This document shows, piece by piece, positions 1 to 9,223 of a stretch of 64,000 bases of DNA. Position numbers and translations under genes: made by a program. The notes under the pieces were generated by a model. The model was not told where the DNA came from. It saw nothing but the letters and a program-made list of their open reading frames with translations, and made no database searches. The stretch covers positions 256,001-320,000 of the forward strand of contig CAVUKB010000010.1 of NCBI GenBank assembly GCA_963741955.1. Reading direction: 5' to 3'. Position 1 is the first letter of the stretch. Each line of letters begins with the position of its first letter. Source of the DNA: an uncultured Acidobacteriota bacterium (lineage in GTDB: Bacteria; Acidobacteriota; Thermoanaerobaculia; Gp7-AA8).

Positions 1-206
1 AAGATCGTGAAGTGACCGTCCTTGTCCGTCTTGTACGTCGCTTTGAACGTCTTCGCTTCGGTCGCCTCCGCGGTGATGGTTGCGTTGGCGATCGGTTTGT
101 CGTCAGGACCGAGGATCTGTCCGGTGAAGCGGGACTCCCCGACTGCGAACACGTGAGTCGCGAACGCTGCCAGCAGGACGAAAGCCAGCGCGATCGATTT
201 CCGCAT
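1..206 (-). CDS. Secreted protein with carboxypeptidase-regulatory-like domain (5' part only, runs off window)
   Basis: Own translation MRKSIALAFVLLAAFATHVFAVGESRFTGQILGPDDKPIANATITAE...KTDKDGHF; signal peptide; AAGGAG RBS; not in ORF track. Confidence 0.75.
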   Translation of the reverse strand, partial: MRKSIALAFVLLAAFATHVFAVGESRFTGQILGPDDKPIANATITAEATEAKTFKATYKTDKDGHFTI

Positions 207-311
207 GGTGCTCTCCTTTAGGTTATTTGGTCTATTCATGGAAACCGGGCGATCGAGAAACGCATTCCTTTTCCGGTCTCCGTGGTGGAATGGGAATATC
301 TCTTTAACTCC

Positions 312-2252
312 TTAGTTCAGCGTCAGATAAGTCTGATCCCTGAGGCCGCGCTCGTACTCCGCGAGGAGTCGCATCCCTTCGTTCGGACGCAGCCGGTCTT
401 CCTTGATGGCCGCGTCGAACTGGGCCTTCATCTTCTTGGCGAGATCGTTCACGTCGTACTGCGTGAGCGCCAGGACCTCCCCGATTGTATTCCCGGGAAT
501 GGTCTCTTCGATATAGAAGCCGCTCTCCTCGTCTTCGTCGAGGAAAACATGCGCCTCGTTCACTCTCCCGAAGAGGTTGTGCATGTCTCCCATGATGTCC
601 TGGTAGGCGCCGGTGAGGAACACCCCGAGATAGTAGGGGAGACCTTCGAATTCGTGCAGGGGGAGTGTGGAGCGGGTGTCTTCGATGTCGATGAACTTCG
701 AGACCTTCCCATCCGAGTCGCAGGTGATGTCGACCAGAGTGCTCTCGGTGTTCGGCTTTTCGTTCAGACGATGGATGGGGACGATGGGGAAGAGCTGTCC
801 CACGGCCCAATGGTCGAGAAGCGACTGAAAGACGGAGAAGTTGCAGATCTGCTGGTCGGCGAGCTCACGCCGCAGCTGCAGAAGGTCTTCCGGAATGTCG
901 CTCTCCTCGATCTCGTGGCTGCGGGCCTCGATCCCTTCGGCGATGCGCCAGTAGAGGATCTCGACTCCGGCTTTGACGTCGAGCTCCAGCAGGCCGTACT
1001 CGAACATGCTCTCGGACTGCCCCTTGAGCTGCTGGAGGTCGTGCCACGACTCGGTGAGCCGCCGCTCGTCGAGATGCTCTTCGAGCCACTTCAGCTCCTG
1101 GATCAGTTTGTGGTCCTGGTTCCGGATCGTAACCGGTTGGATGGGGGTTTTTTCGATTGCGCCGAACGCTTCGACCACCAGCACCGAATGATGCGCGACG
1201 ATCGCGCGGCCGGATTCCGACACGATGTTCGGATGCGGAACTTCTTCCTCGTCGCAGATGTCCATGATGTTGTAGACGATGTCGTTCGCGTACTCCTGGA
1301 CGGTGTAGTTCATGGAGGAGTGGAACGTGGAGCGCGATCCGTCGTAGTCGATCGCCAGGCCGCCTCCGACGTCGAGGAACTCGAGAGAGTGTCCCATCTT
1401 CTGCAGCTTCGCGTAGTAGCGCGCGGCCTCGCGGACGGCGCGCTTTATGGTCATGATGTCGGGGACCTGCGAGCCGATGTGGAAATGGAGCAGCTTGAAC
1501 GACTCCGACATCCCTGCGCCGCGGAGGATCTCGAGACCTTCGAGCAGTTCGTCAGTGGAGAGACCGAACTTCGCGTGCTCGCCTCCCGAGGTGGCCCAGA
1601 GCCCTTCTCCTTCGCTGTTCAGGCGCACCCGCATCCCGATCATCGGCTCGACCCCGAGCTCCTGCGCGACCCGGACCACGCCGCGGACCTCCGAGAGCTT
1701 CTCCGCGACGATGATGATCCGTTTGCCGAGCTTTCGGCCGATCAGCGCCATGCGGATGTAGTGGGTGTCCTTGTAGCCGTTGCAGATGATCAGCGACTCG
1801 GGATCGTTGTGGACTGCAAGGGCGCCGAAAAGCTCCGGCTTGGAGCCGACTTCGATGCCGTAGTGGTGCGGACGTCCGGCGTCGAGGATCTCTTCGACCA
1901 CTTCGCGAAGCTGGTTGACCTTGATCGGGAAAACGCCGCGGTAGTAGCCGCCGAACCGGTTTTCGGCGATGGCCTTCTGAAAGGCCTGATTCAGCATGTC
2001 GACACGGTCGCGGAGAAGGTCCTGAAACCGGATCACCAGAGGGGCCTGGAGTCCCTGTTCGAGAGCTTCCTGCAGAACCTGAAACACCGGGATGGCCGCG
2101 CCCCGCTCGCGCAACGGAGAGACGGTGATGTACCCCTCCGGATTGACGTGAAAATATCCGGAGCCCCAGCGGTTGATCAGATAGAGCGAGTCTGCATCCT
2201 CGCTGGTCCAGGTCTCTTCGTCGTGCTCGGCGATCTCGGTTTTGCTCTTCAA
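312..2252 (-). CDS. speA: Biosynthetic arginine decarboxylase
   Basis: FPIKVNQ PLP-lysine motif, EVGSKPEL, HFHIGSQ, DVGGGLAIDY, DITCDSDG, HNLFG; TTG start at 2252 chosen (ORF extends to 2300). Confidence 0.95.
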   Translation of the reverse strand: MKSKTEIAEHDEETWTSEDADSLYLINRWGSGYFHVNPEGYITVSPLRERGAAIPVFQVLQEALEQGLQAPLVIRFQDLLRDRVDMLNQAFQKAIAENRFGGYYRGVFPIKVNQLREVVEEILDAGRPHHYGIEVGSKPELFGALAVHNDPESLIICNGYKDTHYIRMALIGRKLGKRIIIVAEKLSEVRGVVRVAQELGVEPMIGMRVRLNSEGEGLWATSGGEHAKFGLSTDELLEGLEILRGAGMSESFKLLHFHIGSQVPDIMTIKRAVREAARYYAKLQKMGHSLEFLDVGGGLAIDYDGSRSTFHSSMNYTVQEYANDIVYNIMDICDEEEVPHPNIVSESGRAIVAHHSVLVVEAFGAIEKTPIQPVTIRNQDHKLIQELKWLEEHLDERRLTESWHDLQQLKGQSESMFEYGLLELDVKAGVEILYWRIAEGIEARSHEIEESDIPEDLLQLRRELADQQICNFSVFQSLLDHWAVGQLFPIVPIHRLNEKPNTESTLVDITCDSDGKVSKFIDIEDTRSTLPLHEFEGLPYYLGVFLTGAYQDIMGDMHNLFGRVNEAHVFLDEDEESGFYIEETIPGNTIGEVLALTQYDVNDLAKKMKAQFDAAIKEDRLRPNEGMRLLAEYERGLRDQTYLTLN

Positions 2253-2343
2253 TTCGATTCGTCCCCCGATCGGTTCATACCGCCTCCGGTTTCCGGACAC
2301 GGGAAGGTCTGCCCTAAAGAACAGCGGAGCGGCTGGAATTCGT

Positions 2344-3216
2344 TCATCCCATCCGTTCGGTGCCGTTTTCGGTGATCGCTGCGACGTCGGCCGGATCGAG
2401 AGCGAATTTCGCGGCCTGCGAGAAGACCGCCGTATGCTCCGGAGTACTGGACCCGGGAATCGGGATCACCCGCTCCCCCTGCGCCCGGTCCCACGCCAGC
2501 GCGACCGCCCAGGGTGAGACAGCATACTTCTCCGCCAGGTTTTGGAACAGCGGGAAATCGGAGAGACCCCGGGCCAGCCGCTTCCCTCCGAGCGGGCTGT
2601 AGGCAAGGAAGGTGATGCCGTTCGAACCGCACTCGGCGATGATCTCGGACTGTCCGTCGCGATCGAACGGGTTGAAGCGGTTCTGCACCGACTGCACGTC
2701 GACCAGCTCGCGCGCTCGCTGCAACTGGGCGAGTGAGACGTTGCTCAGGCCGATGTGCCGGATCTTCTGCTCACGCTGGAGCTCTCCCAGCGTTTCGACG
2801 CTCTGATCGAACGGGACGGATGCGTCGGGAGCGTGAAGCTGATAGAGGAAGATCTCTTCGACACCCAGCGCCCGGAGACTCGCTTCACACGCCTCCCGAA
2901 GATGCGCCGGCGACGCGTCGGTCCTCCAGTTGCCGCCGGGCCGGATCACGCCCCCTTTGGTCGCGACCTTGATCCGATGGAGATCGGGACGGTGTCTGAG
3001 TACCGCGGCGATCAGGCGCTCGTTGTGCCCCATGTCGTTCTCGTCGAGACAGTAGGCGTCCGCGGTATCGAGGAGGGTGGCCCCTTCGTCGAGTGCCGCG
3101 TTGAGAGTCCGGATGGCCTGATCGCGATCCGGCCTCCCCTGAATCGAGAGCCACATGGCTCCGAATCCGAGAATGGAGATCTCCGTCCCGGTGTGGCCGA
3201 GCTCAGTCGACTGCAT
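2344..3216 (-). CDS. Aldo/keto reductase
   Basis: LGFGAM, DTADAY, VATKGG, LYQLH, IGLSN, YSPLGG, IPIPG motifs; GGAGG RBS before MQSTELG. Confidence 0.9.
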   Translation of the reverse strand: MQSTELGHTGTEISILGFGAMWLSIQGRPDRDQAIRTLNAALDEGATLLDTADAYCLDENDMGHNERLIAAVLRHRPDLHRIKVATKGGVIRPGGNWRTDASPAHLREACEASLRALGVEEIFLYQLHAPDASVPFDQSVETLGELQREQKIRHIGLSNVSLAQLQRARELVDVQSVQNRFNPFDRDGQSEIIAECGSNGITFLAYSPLGGKRLARGLSDFPLFQNLAEKYAVSPWAVALAWDRAQGERVIPIPGSSTPEHTAVFSQAAKFALDPADVAAITENGTERMG

Positions 3217-3270
3217 TGGTCCTCCTTCCGAACCGCCCCGGAAGATCCACACGCAAACGGCGAGCCGCCA

Positions 3271-4689
3271 TCACGAGAACGCAGGCGGCTTCTGCCGGTG
3301 AAAATCGGTGACCCGCTGGAGTGCCTTCCCCGCTTCGATCGCCATCACGTCGTGCAGCGGCGCGGCGTTGAACTGGATGGCGGTCGGCAGGCCGTTCTCT
3401 CCGAGACCGTTCGGCAGAGAGATGGCGGGGGCCCCTGCGAGATTCATCGCGGGGATCAGCGCCACTCCGCTCCGGACGTCGGGATAGACCTGGTCGAATT
3501 TCTTCGCGATGGGATATGCCACGCTCGCACGGGTCGGTGCGGCGATCAAGTCGACGTCCTCGAACAGCTGGAGCATCGCCTGGCGGATCCTGGTCCGGAT
3601 CCGCATCGCACGAAGATAGTCGATGGCGAGCGTCGCCGCGGCCTCGTAGCCGCCGATCCGATCCTGTGGAGCGGTGAGCTCCTTCGCTTTCCCGGAGGTG
3701 AGAAGATCTTCGAATGCACTCGCTCCTTCGGCATCGACGATCGGTGAGATCGCTCCGTACGGAAAATCCGGGAACTCGATCTCGACGAAGCGGTAGCCGG
3801 CCTGTTTGAGCACGCCGACCGACTTCTCGAAATTCTCCCGGACTTCCTTCTGCACTTTTTCGGTGCAGCCTTTCGGGATCGCCACGGTTCTTCCGTCGCT
3901 CTCGCTGTGTGTCGCACGGAAGGGCCCGAGCCACTCGATCTGCGCTTCGACCGTGGTGGGATCGGCCGGATCGCGTCCCGCGATCTCCGCCATGATCAGG
4001 GCGCAGTCCTCGGCGGTGCGTGCCAGCGGTCCGAGCTTGTCGAGCGTCCAGCTCAGCGCCATCGCGCCGTGCCGGCTGACCATCCCGTATGTCGGCCGGA
4101 ATCCGGTCACGCCCGAGAATGCGGAAGGAGTGAGGATCGATCCCGAAGTCTCGCTTCCGATGGCGAAGGGAACCAGCCCTGCGCCGACCGCGGCGCCAGG
4201 TCCGCTCGAAGAGCCGCCGGACCAGAATTCGGTGTTCCATGGCGAGCGTCCGGGACCGGTGAACGAGGCGTTCGCTTCGTCGTATCCGAAGCCTCCCGCC
4301 AGTTCGACCATGGCGAGCTTCGCGCAGAGAACGGCGCCGCCCCGGGTGAGCCGCTCGATCACCGTCGCATCGTACTCGAACACCTGATTCCGGTAGGGTG
4401 CCGCGCCCCAGGTGGTGGGGATTCCCTTCGTCGCGAGAAGATCCTTCACCCCGTACGGAATGCCGTGGAGCGGCCCGTGCCAGCTTCCGGCTGCGATGTC
4501 TTTGTCCGCCTGCTTCGCCTGCGCTTCGGCGAGCTCGCGGGTCATCGTCACGACCGCGTTGAGCTTCGGTCCGAATCGTTCCAGCCGGTCGAGATAGAAG
4601 CGGGTGAGCTGGACAGAGGTGATCTTCTTCTCCCGGAGAAGCGTACCGAGCTCCGTGATCGTCGCGTAGGGATTGATCGTGGCGTTCAC
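3271..4689 (-). CDS. Amidase signature family protein (GatA-like)
   Basis: GPLHGIPYGVKD, GGSSSG, GSETSGSI; GTG start overlaps upstream stop (GTGA). Confidence 0.9.
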   Translation of the reverse strand: MNATINPYATITELGTLLREKKITSVQLTRFYLDRLERFGPKLNAVVTMTRELAEAQAKQADKDIAAGSWHGPLHGIPYGVKDLLATKGIPTTWGAAPYRNQVFEYDATVIERLTRGGAVLCAKLAMVELAGGFGYDEANASFTGPGRSPWNTEFWSGGSSSGPGAAVGAGLVPFAIGSETSGSILTPSAFSGVTGFRPTYGMVSRHGAMALSWTLDKLGPLARTAEDCALIMAEIAGRDPADPTTVEAQIEWLGPFRATHSESDGRTVAIPKGCTEKVQKEVRENFEKSVGVLKQAGYRFVEIEFPDFPYGAISPIVDAEGASAFEDLLTSGKAKELTAPQDRIGGYEAAATLAIDYLRAMRIRTRIRQAMLQLFEDVDLIAAPTRASVAYPIAKKFDQVYPDVRSGVALIPAMNLAGAPAISLPNGLGENGLPTAIQFNAAPLHDVMAIEAGKALQRVTDFHRQKPPAFS

Positions 4690-5039
4690 TTGCTCACTCC
4701 CGCGGCCGCGACGAACGCGCAATCGGGTTCGTCGGAATTCTTCAGGTCGAATTTTCTGAGGCGTGAATAGAGCCGGGTCATGTCGTTCAGGTCCCCGGTG
4801 ACGCTCTTCATTTCGTCCGCGGAGAGGTACTGGCCGTATTCGGCCTGCACGATCGAAGCGAGAGCGAGAGCCAGTGGCCCCGGTTTCTCTTCGGGTTTGT
4901 TCTCTTCCGGAGGCGCGGGCGCCGGGACCGGTGGGGGAGTCTGACCGAGCGCGAACCCGGGTGCTCCGATCAGGAGTGGAGCAGCAGATGCGACCGCTGC
5001 GATGCGGGCGAACTCACGACGCGAGGTCCTGTTCGACAT
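4686..5039 (-). CDS. Small Tat-signal protein, GatC/AtzG-like amidase partner
   Basis: SRREF twin-arginine motif plus hydrophobic stretch; C-terminal LKNSDEP; translationally coupled to amidase. Confidence 0.7.
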   Translation of the reverse strand: MSNRTSRREFARIAAVASAAPLLIGAPGFALGQTPPPVPAPAPPEENKPEEKPGPLALALASIVQAEYGQYLSADEMKSVTGDLNDMTRLYSRLRKFDLKNSDEPDCAFVAAAGVSK

Positions 5040-5237
5040 TCTTCACCTCGAATGATCTGAGATCCGCGACCGGCTCTGCATTCGAGCCGATCCCGAAGCA
5101 GAACAGACATATCAGATTCGAGCGGCTCGTGCCGAAAAAAGAGAAGAGCACGTGGCGTCGCAACGGGCGTCCGCGATGGGGCGCCAGGGAGGAGCGGGCT
5201 ACACGCTCCCAATCCCGCTTCTCCCAACCGCGTGCGG

Positions 5238-5528
5238 CTGCCTTTCGAATCCTCGATCCAAGATCCTTGATGCCTTTCAGATCCTCGATCCTCAATCCAA
5301 GATCCTAGCCCGCATTTCTCACACCATCTCTGCTGCGGAGCCGGATAGCGGCCTGTCTGCTGCGTTGAGCCCCTCTTCGGCTCCTCGACATAGTCACCGC
5401 TATGCCTTCGTCGCCGAAGCGAGGCGCGCCTTGCATCCAGGCCACTCTCCGCCACCTCGCGACGAGATGGTGTGAGAAATGCGGGCTTGATGCCTTTCAG
5501 ATCCTCGATCCTCGATCCAAGATCCTAG
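5238..5528. repeat. REP-like units GATGCCTTTCAGATC(CTCGATC)n, interrupted by MITE copy 1
   Basis: Near-identical ~39-bp units at 5266-5308 and 5486-5528, each ending in CTAG. Confidence 0.8.
5309..5485. mobile_element. 177-bp MITE, copy 1
   Basis: Perfect 22-bp TIR CCCGCATTTCTCACACCATCTC/GAGATGGTGTGAGAAATGCGGG; flanks CTAG/CTTG. Confidence 0.85.
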
Positions 5529-7119
5529 GAGTCTGCGCGGTAGAAACCCGGTTCGCGGCAAATCGGCATGATAAAAGGTGAATGGTTAGTAGTAACGATA
5601 ATATGTTAAGATTAGGTCATGCCGACCACGTATAGGCCATACCGACCGGAGCAGTCGCTGCTGCTTCCGCCCTCGCCATACGAGTGGCTCCCTGAGGGTC
5701 ACTTGGCGCACTTCGTTTCCGACATGATCGATCAGCTTGATCTGAGTGCATTCTACGAGCGGTACAAGGGCGACGGCAGGCGGAAGCAGCCCTACGAGCC
5801 GAGGATGATGCTCAAGTTGATCACCTATTCGTACCTGACGGGAACGTTCTCCTCGCGCAAGATTGCCCGGCGGATCGATGAAGATATCGCCGTCCGGTAT
5901 CTTGCAGCCGGGAACTTTCCATCGCATCGGACCATCTGCGACTTTCGGCTTGAAAACGTGGACGCATTCAGCTCATTGCTGGTCCAGATCATTCGGACCG
6001 CTCAGGAGGCAGGGTTAGTTACGCTCGGGAGGATCGCAATCGACGGGTCGAAGGTGCGAGCGAATGCCAGCAAGCACAAGGCGATGAGCTACGATCGGAT
6101 GAAGAAGGAAGAAGCGAAGCTCGAGAAGGAGATCGCGGAGATTTTGGCCACAGCGGCGGAAGAGGATGCCCGGGAGGATGCCGAGTACGGGGTTGATCGA
6201 CGCGGGGATGAGTTGCCCGAAGAGCTCCAGCGCCGGGAAACACGCATCCGAAAGATCAGAGATGCACGAGAGCGACTCGAACAGCGACAGCGGGAACTGG
6301 ACACGAAGGCTGGTCGCTCCGAAGGCGACGATGATCCGGCCAGGAAGAAGGGTAAGCCATTCAAACGGAAGTTCGGCGTACCTGAGGACAAAGCGCAAGA
6401 GAACTTCACCGATTCCGAGAGCCGAATCATGAAGTCCCAGGAAGGATTTCAGCAGTGCTACAACGCGCAGATCGCAGTCGATGCCGATAACCAACTCATC
6501 GTCGGATTCGAGATCACACAATCTGCGGCGGACAGCGGATCACTCGTGCCTTTGGTCGAGGTGGTCGAACAGAATTGCGAAACAAGCCCCGACCAGGTTG
6601 TTGCCGACACCGGTTACAAGTCGGAAAGCTCGTTCATCGAGTTGGAGGAGAAGAAGATCGATGCGTATGTTTCTCTCGGACGAGAAGGCAAAGAAACCGC
6701 AGCTGAGACGACGCTCCCCGCTACTCTGCGGATGAAGCAGAAGTTGGACTCACCTGCAGGCAAGGCGGTCTATCGCCGGCGAAAGGCGATCGTTGAGCCG
6801 GTGTTTGGCTGGGTCAAAAACGTTCTCGGCTTTCGACGATTCAGTCTCCGCGGGACGCGCAAAGTTGCCGGCGAATGGGCTCTGGTGTGCCTGGTGATCA
6901 ATCTGAAGCGAATGAGCGCTCTGGTTGCGGTCGAATAGCCCCGGCAGAGCAGTATCCAACCCCGAAAAGTCCCGCCGAGCAAGTGTTTCGCGCTGCCACC
7001 TCCCCGAGAACGGCTCCATCAACCCCAAGGCGCTTCGATGGCCCGGTTCTGCCGCTCGCGAGCGGACGTCACCCGAGATCATCAGGAAGCGCCGAACTTA
7101 CGTCCTATCGCGCAGACTC
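5529..7119 (+). mobile_element. IS1182-family insertion sequence
   Basis: TIRs GAGTCTGCGCGGTAG / CTATCGCGCAGACTC (14/15 match), CTAG direct repeats at 5525-5528 and 7120-7123, single transposase. Confidence 0.9.
5619..6938 (+). CDS. IS1182-family DDE transposase
   Basis: YEPRMMLK..SSRKIARR (DUF772-like), AIDGSKVRANAS, YNAQIAVD, ADTGY, RKAIVEPVFGWVK. Confidence 0.93.
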   Translation: MPTTYRPYRPEQSLLLPPSPYEWLPEGHLAHFVSDMIDQLDLSAFYERYKGDGRRKQPYEPRMMLKLITYSYLTGTFSSRKIARRIDEDIAVRYLAAGNFPSHRTICDFRLENVDAFSSLLVQIIRTAQEAGLVTLGRIAIDGSKVRANASKHKAMSYDRMKKEEAKLEKEIAEILATAAEEDAREDAEYGVDRRGDELPEELQRRETRIRKIRDARERLEQRQRELDTKAGRSEGDDDPARKKGKPFKRKFGVPEDKAQENFTDSESRIMKSQEGFQQCYNAQIAVDADNQLIVGFEITQSAADSGSLVPLVEVVEQNCETSPDQVVADTGYKSESSFIELEEKKIDAYVSLGREGKETAAETTLPATLRMKQKLDSPAGKAVYRRRKAIVEPVFGWVKNVLGFRRFSLRGTRKVAGEWALVCLVINLKRMSALVAVE

Positions 7120-7123
7120 CTAG

Positions 7124-7300
7124 CCCGCATTTCTCACACCATCTCTGCTGCGGAGCCGGATAGCGGCCTGTCTGCTGCGTTGAGCCCCTCTTCGGCTCCT
7201 CGACATAGTCACCGCTATGCTTTCGTCGCCGAAGCGAGGCGCGCCTTGCATCCAGGCCACTCTCCGCCACCTCGCGACGAGATGGTGTGAGAAATGCGGG
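7124..7300. mobile_element. 177-bp MITE, copy 2
   Basis: Nearly identical to copy 1, same TIRs; flanks CTAG/CTTG. Confidence 0.85.
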
Positions 7301-7460
7301 CTTGATGCTTTTCAGATCCTCGATCCTCGATCCAAGATCCTAGATGCCTTTCAGATCCTCGATCCTCGATTACAGATCCTGGATGCTTTTCAGATCCTCG
7401 ATCCTCGATCCGAGATCCTAGATGCCTTTCAGATCCTCGATCTCAGATCCTAGATGCTTT
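7301..7460. repeat. Tandem ~39-bp REP-like units GATGCYTTTCAGATCCTCGATCCTCGATCCAAGATCCTA (about 4)
   Basis: Direct inspection; last unit overlaps the stop of the 7450 gene. Confidence 0.85.
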
Positions 7461-8130
7461 TTGCGACCACTTTCCCGGGCGGAACGTCGTGGGTGAACAT
7501 CTCGAGCGCGACGCGCACGACTCGGGCCTGGAGCTCGCGGTCGCCGGCCCGGCCGATGATCCGTCCGATCTGGCAACCTTCGTACGTCATCGCGCGCGGA
7601 GGACGGATCGATTCCGTCGCACCGGGAGAGGCGGAGATGATCAGAGTCGGAACTCCGCGTGCTTCGATCTCGCGAGCGAGTGTGGCGACGGAGCGGTGGC
7701 AGGTTTCCGGGCATCCCGCCGTGAGCAGCACCAGCTTCGTCTTCGAGCGCTCGATCTTGTCGGCGATGTCGGGAAACGTGGTTTCGTACAGTTCACGCAG
7801 CCGGGTGGTGAATCCGTACGAGTAATGTTTGTCGTTGACCGCGCCGATGAAACCTTCCGACGCGAGCTGCTGGAGCGTCGCGAGCGGGAAAACGATGTTG
7901 GGATCGGTATCCGCCTCCGAATGGTCGTAGTGGTGATGGGCGATCTTCAGCTCCTCGACCGCCGCCGTCCCGTCGATGATGCGATAGCTCGGATCTCCCG
8001 GATCTTCGGTGGGAAACGCGTCCTGTCCCGGCGCCCAGACGCCGGTCGCGGAAGCGATGGTCACGGTTGCGGAAGCGAGATCCTTGTCGAAGGGAGTGAA
8101 GGGAACGCAGCGGCGCGAGATGTTGAGCAT
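7450..8130 (-). CDS. D-proline/glycine reductase selenoprotein B (PrdB/GrdB) family protein, Cys-containing
   Basis: ASATGV, GDPSYRII, HYDHSEADTDPNIVFPL, LLTAGCPETCHRS (cf. PrdB LTAGUGTCHRS). Confidence 0.8.
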   Translation of the reverse strand: MLNISRRCVPFTPFDKDLASATVTIASATGVWAPGQDAFPTEDPGDPSYRIIDGTAAVEELKIAHHHYDHSEADTDPNIVFPLATLQQLASEGFIGAVNDKHYSYGFTTRLRELYETTFPDIADKIERSKTKLVLLTAGCPETCHRSVATLAREIEARGVPTLIISASPGATESIRPPRAMTYEGCQIGRIIGRAGDRELQARVVRVALEMFTHDVPPGKVVAKSI

Positions 8131-8229
8131 TCGAATCTCCTCAGTGTGTATCGGGCGGCGAGTCCCGAAGATCAGGTGGATGGCGGATCGTGCGCGGCGG
8201 GCCCGTGGACGGCCCGCCGTGCAGACGGA

Positions 8230-8742
8230 TCAGACGAGATCCCGGAGGACCTCGAGAATCTGTGCGGTTTCGGGTTGTTCGCCGATGTCGTGGACGTCGA
8301 TGTAACGGACGCGCCCTTCTTTGTCGATGACGACGATCGCGCGCTCGCAGATTCCTTTGTCTTCGATCCACACACCGTACTTCTTCGCGACCTCACCCTT
8401 CGGATGAAAATCGGCGAGCAGAGGGTACTTGTCGATCCCTCCGAGCGATTTTGCGAAAGCTACGTGACTGGGGATGCTGTCAACCGATACGCCCAGGACC
8501 TGGGCGTCATACCGTTCGAAGTCGGCATATTCTGCCTCGTACGACGGCATCTGCACCGTTCAGACGGGTGTCCAATCGAGTGGGTAAAACACAAGAACGA
8601 CGTTCTTCTTGCCGCGAAAGTCGCTCAGGTGGATTCGCTCGTCGCCTCGATGACCCGGCAACTCGAAATCAGGCGCCATATCGCCGACTTTGAGCTTCGA
8701 GGTCTCCGAGGCCTTCGAGGTTCTTCCTGAAGATACGGCCAT
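8230..8742 (-). CDS. Peroxiredoxin (AhpC/TSA family), probable selenoprotein via UGA readthrough at 8560-8562
   Basis: Two track ORFs are in frame across one TGA: FYPLDWTPV[TGA]TVQMPSYE; TGA occupies the peroxidatic Cys of PxxxTxxC; LGVSVD and [11 protein letters not shown] downstream. Confidence 0.88.
8525..8559 (-). promoter_or_regulatory. Putative bacterial SECIS stem-loop
   Basis: UGA-ACGGUGCAGA-UGCC-G-UC-GUAC-GA-GGCA: hairpin with G-first apical loop 17 nt after the UGA. Confidence 0.55.
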
Positions 8743-8913
8743 CGAATTTCCTCCTCCCTGGAATCAGACGCGTACGGTGTCCACGAACCGTACGTTGATT
8801 CCGTTCCAGTTCCGAGCCAATTCTATATCGGGATCTCCCCGGCCAGGGGCCACCCTCGCGGATCTGATGCAGATGCATCTTCGCCGGCGCGGTTCGGGAG
8901 AGTCACGACGGAG

Positions 8914-9176
8914 TCAGGGGGTCACGGCTCTGGGGGGTTCTTTCCCTTCCCGGGGAAGTCTCGCCAGAAGCTCCTCGGTGAGAAAGTCCATCTGCTCGTG
9001 GAGATGGGTCACCTCGAGCTCGGCCTTGAGGTTGACCTGATATTCCACGTCGGCCCGGAGCCGGAAGATGCCGGAATGATGTTCCAGACGAGCAGAGGGA
9101 TGAGCGTAGCCCTCTCGTTCTCGTCGAGGAGCTTGAACAGCAGGACCTCGGAAAGAAGCTCCGAATCGATCTGCAT
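8914..9176 (-). pseudogene. Internally deleted cNMP-binding/DUF1003 protein remnant
   Basis: N-terminus MQIDSELLSEVLLFKLLDENERATL and, out of frame, C-terminus RADVEYQVNLKAELEVTHLHEQMDFL within 263 bp. Confidence 0.6.
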
Positions 9177-9223
9177 GGATGCCCGAAATCGTACCTTCCT
9201 CCGGGCATTTTGAACACGAGAAA

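Noticed and set aside
282-2375. 697-aa plus-strand ORF and similar long antisense ORFs (e.g. 7489..8730, 25583..27253, 32067..33509, 51851..53875)
   Set aside because: Shadow frames opposite well-supported genes, expected in high-GC DNA; no recognisable motifs
5309-7300. Composite transposon formed by the two MITEs around the transposase
   Set aside because: The IS has its own TIRs and CTAG duplication, which differ from the MITE ends; nesting explains the layout better
7450-8130. Second selenoprotein in the PrdB-like gene
   Set aside because: The codon at the Sec-equivalent position is TGC; there is no in-frame TGA
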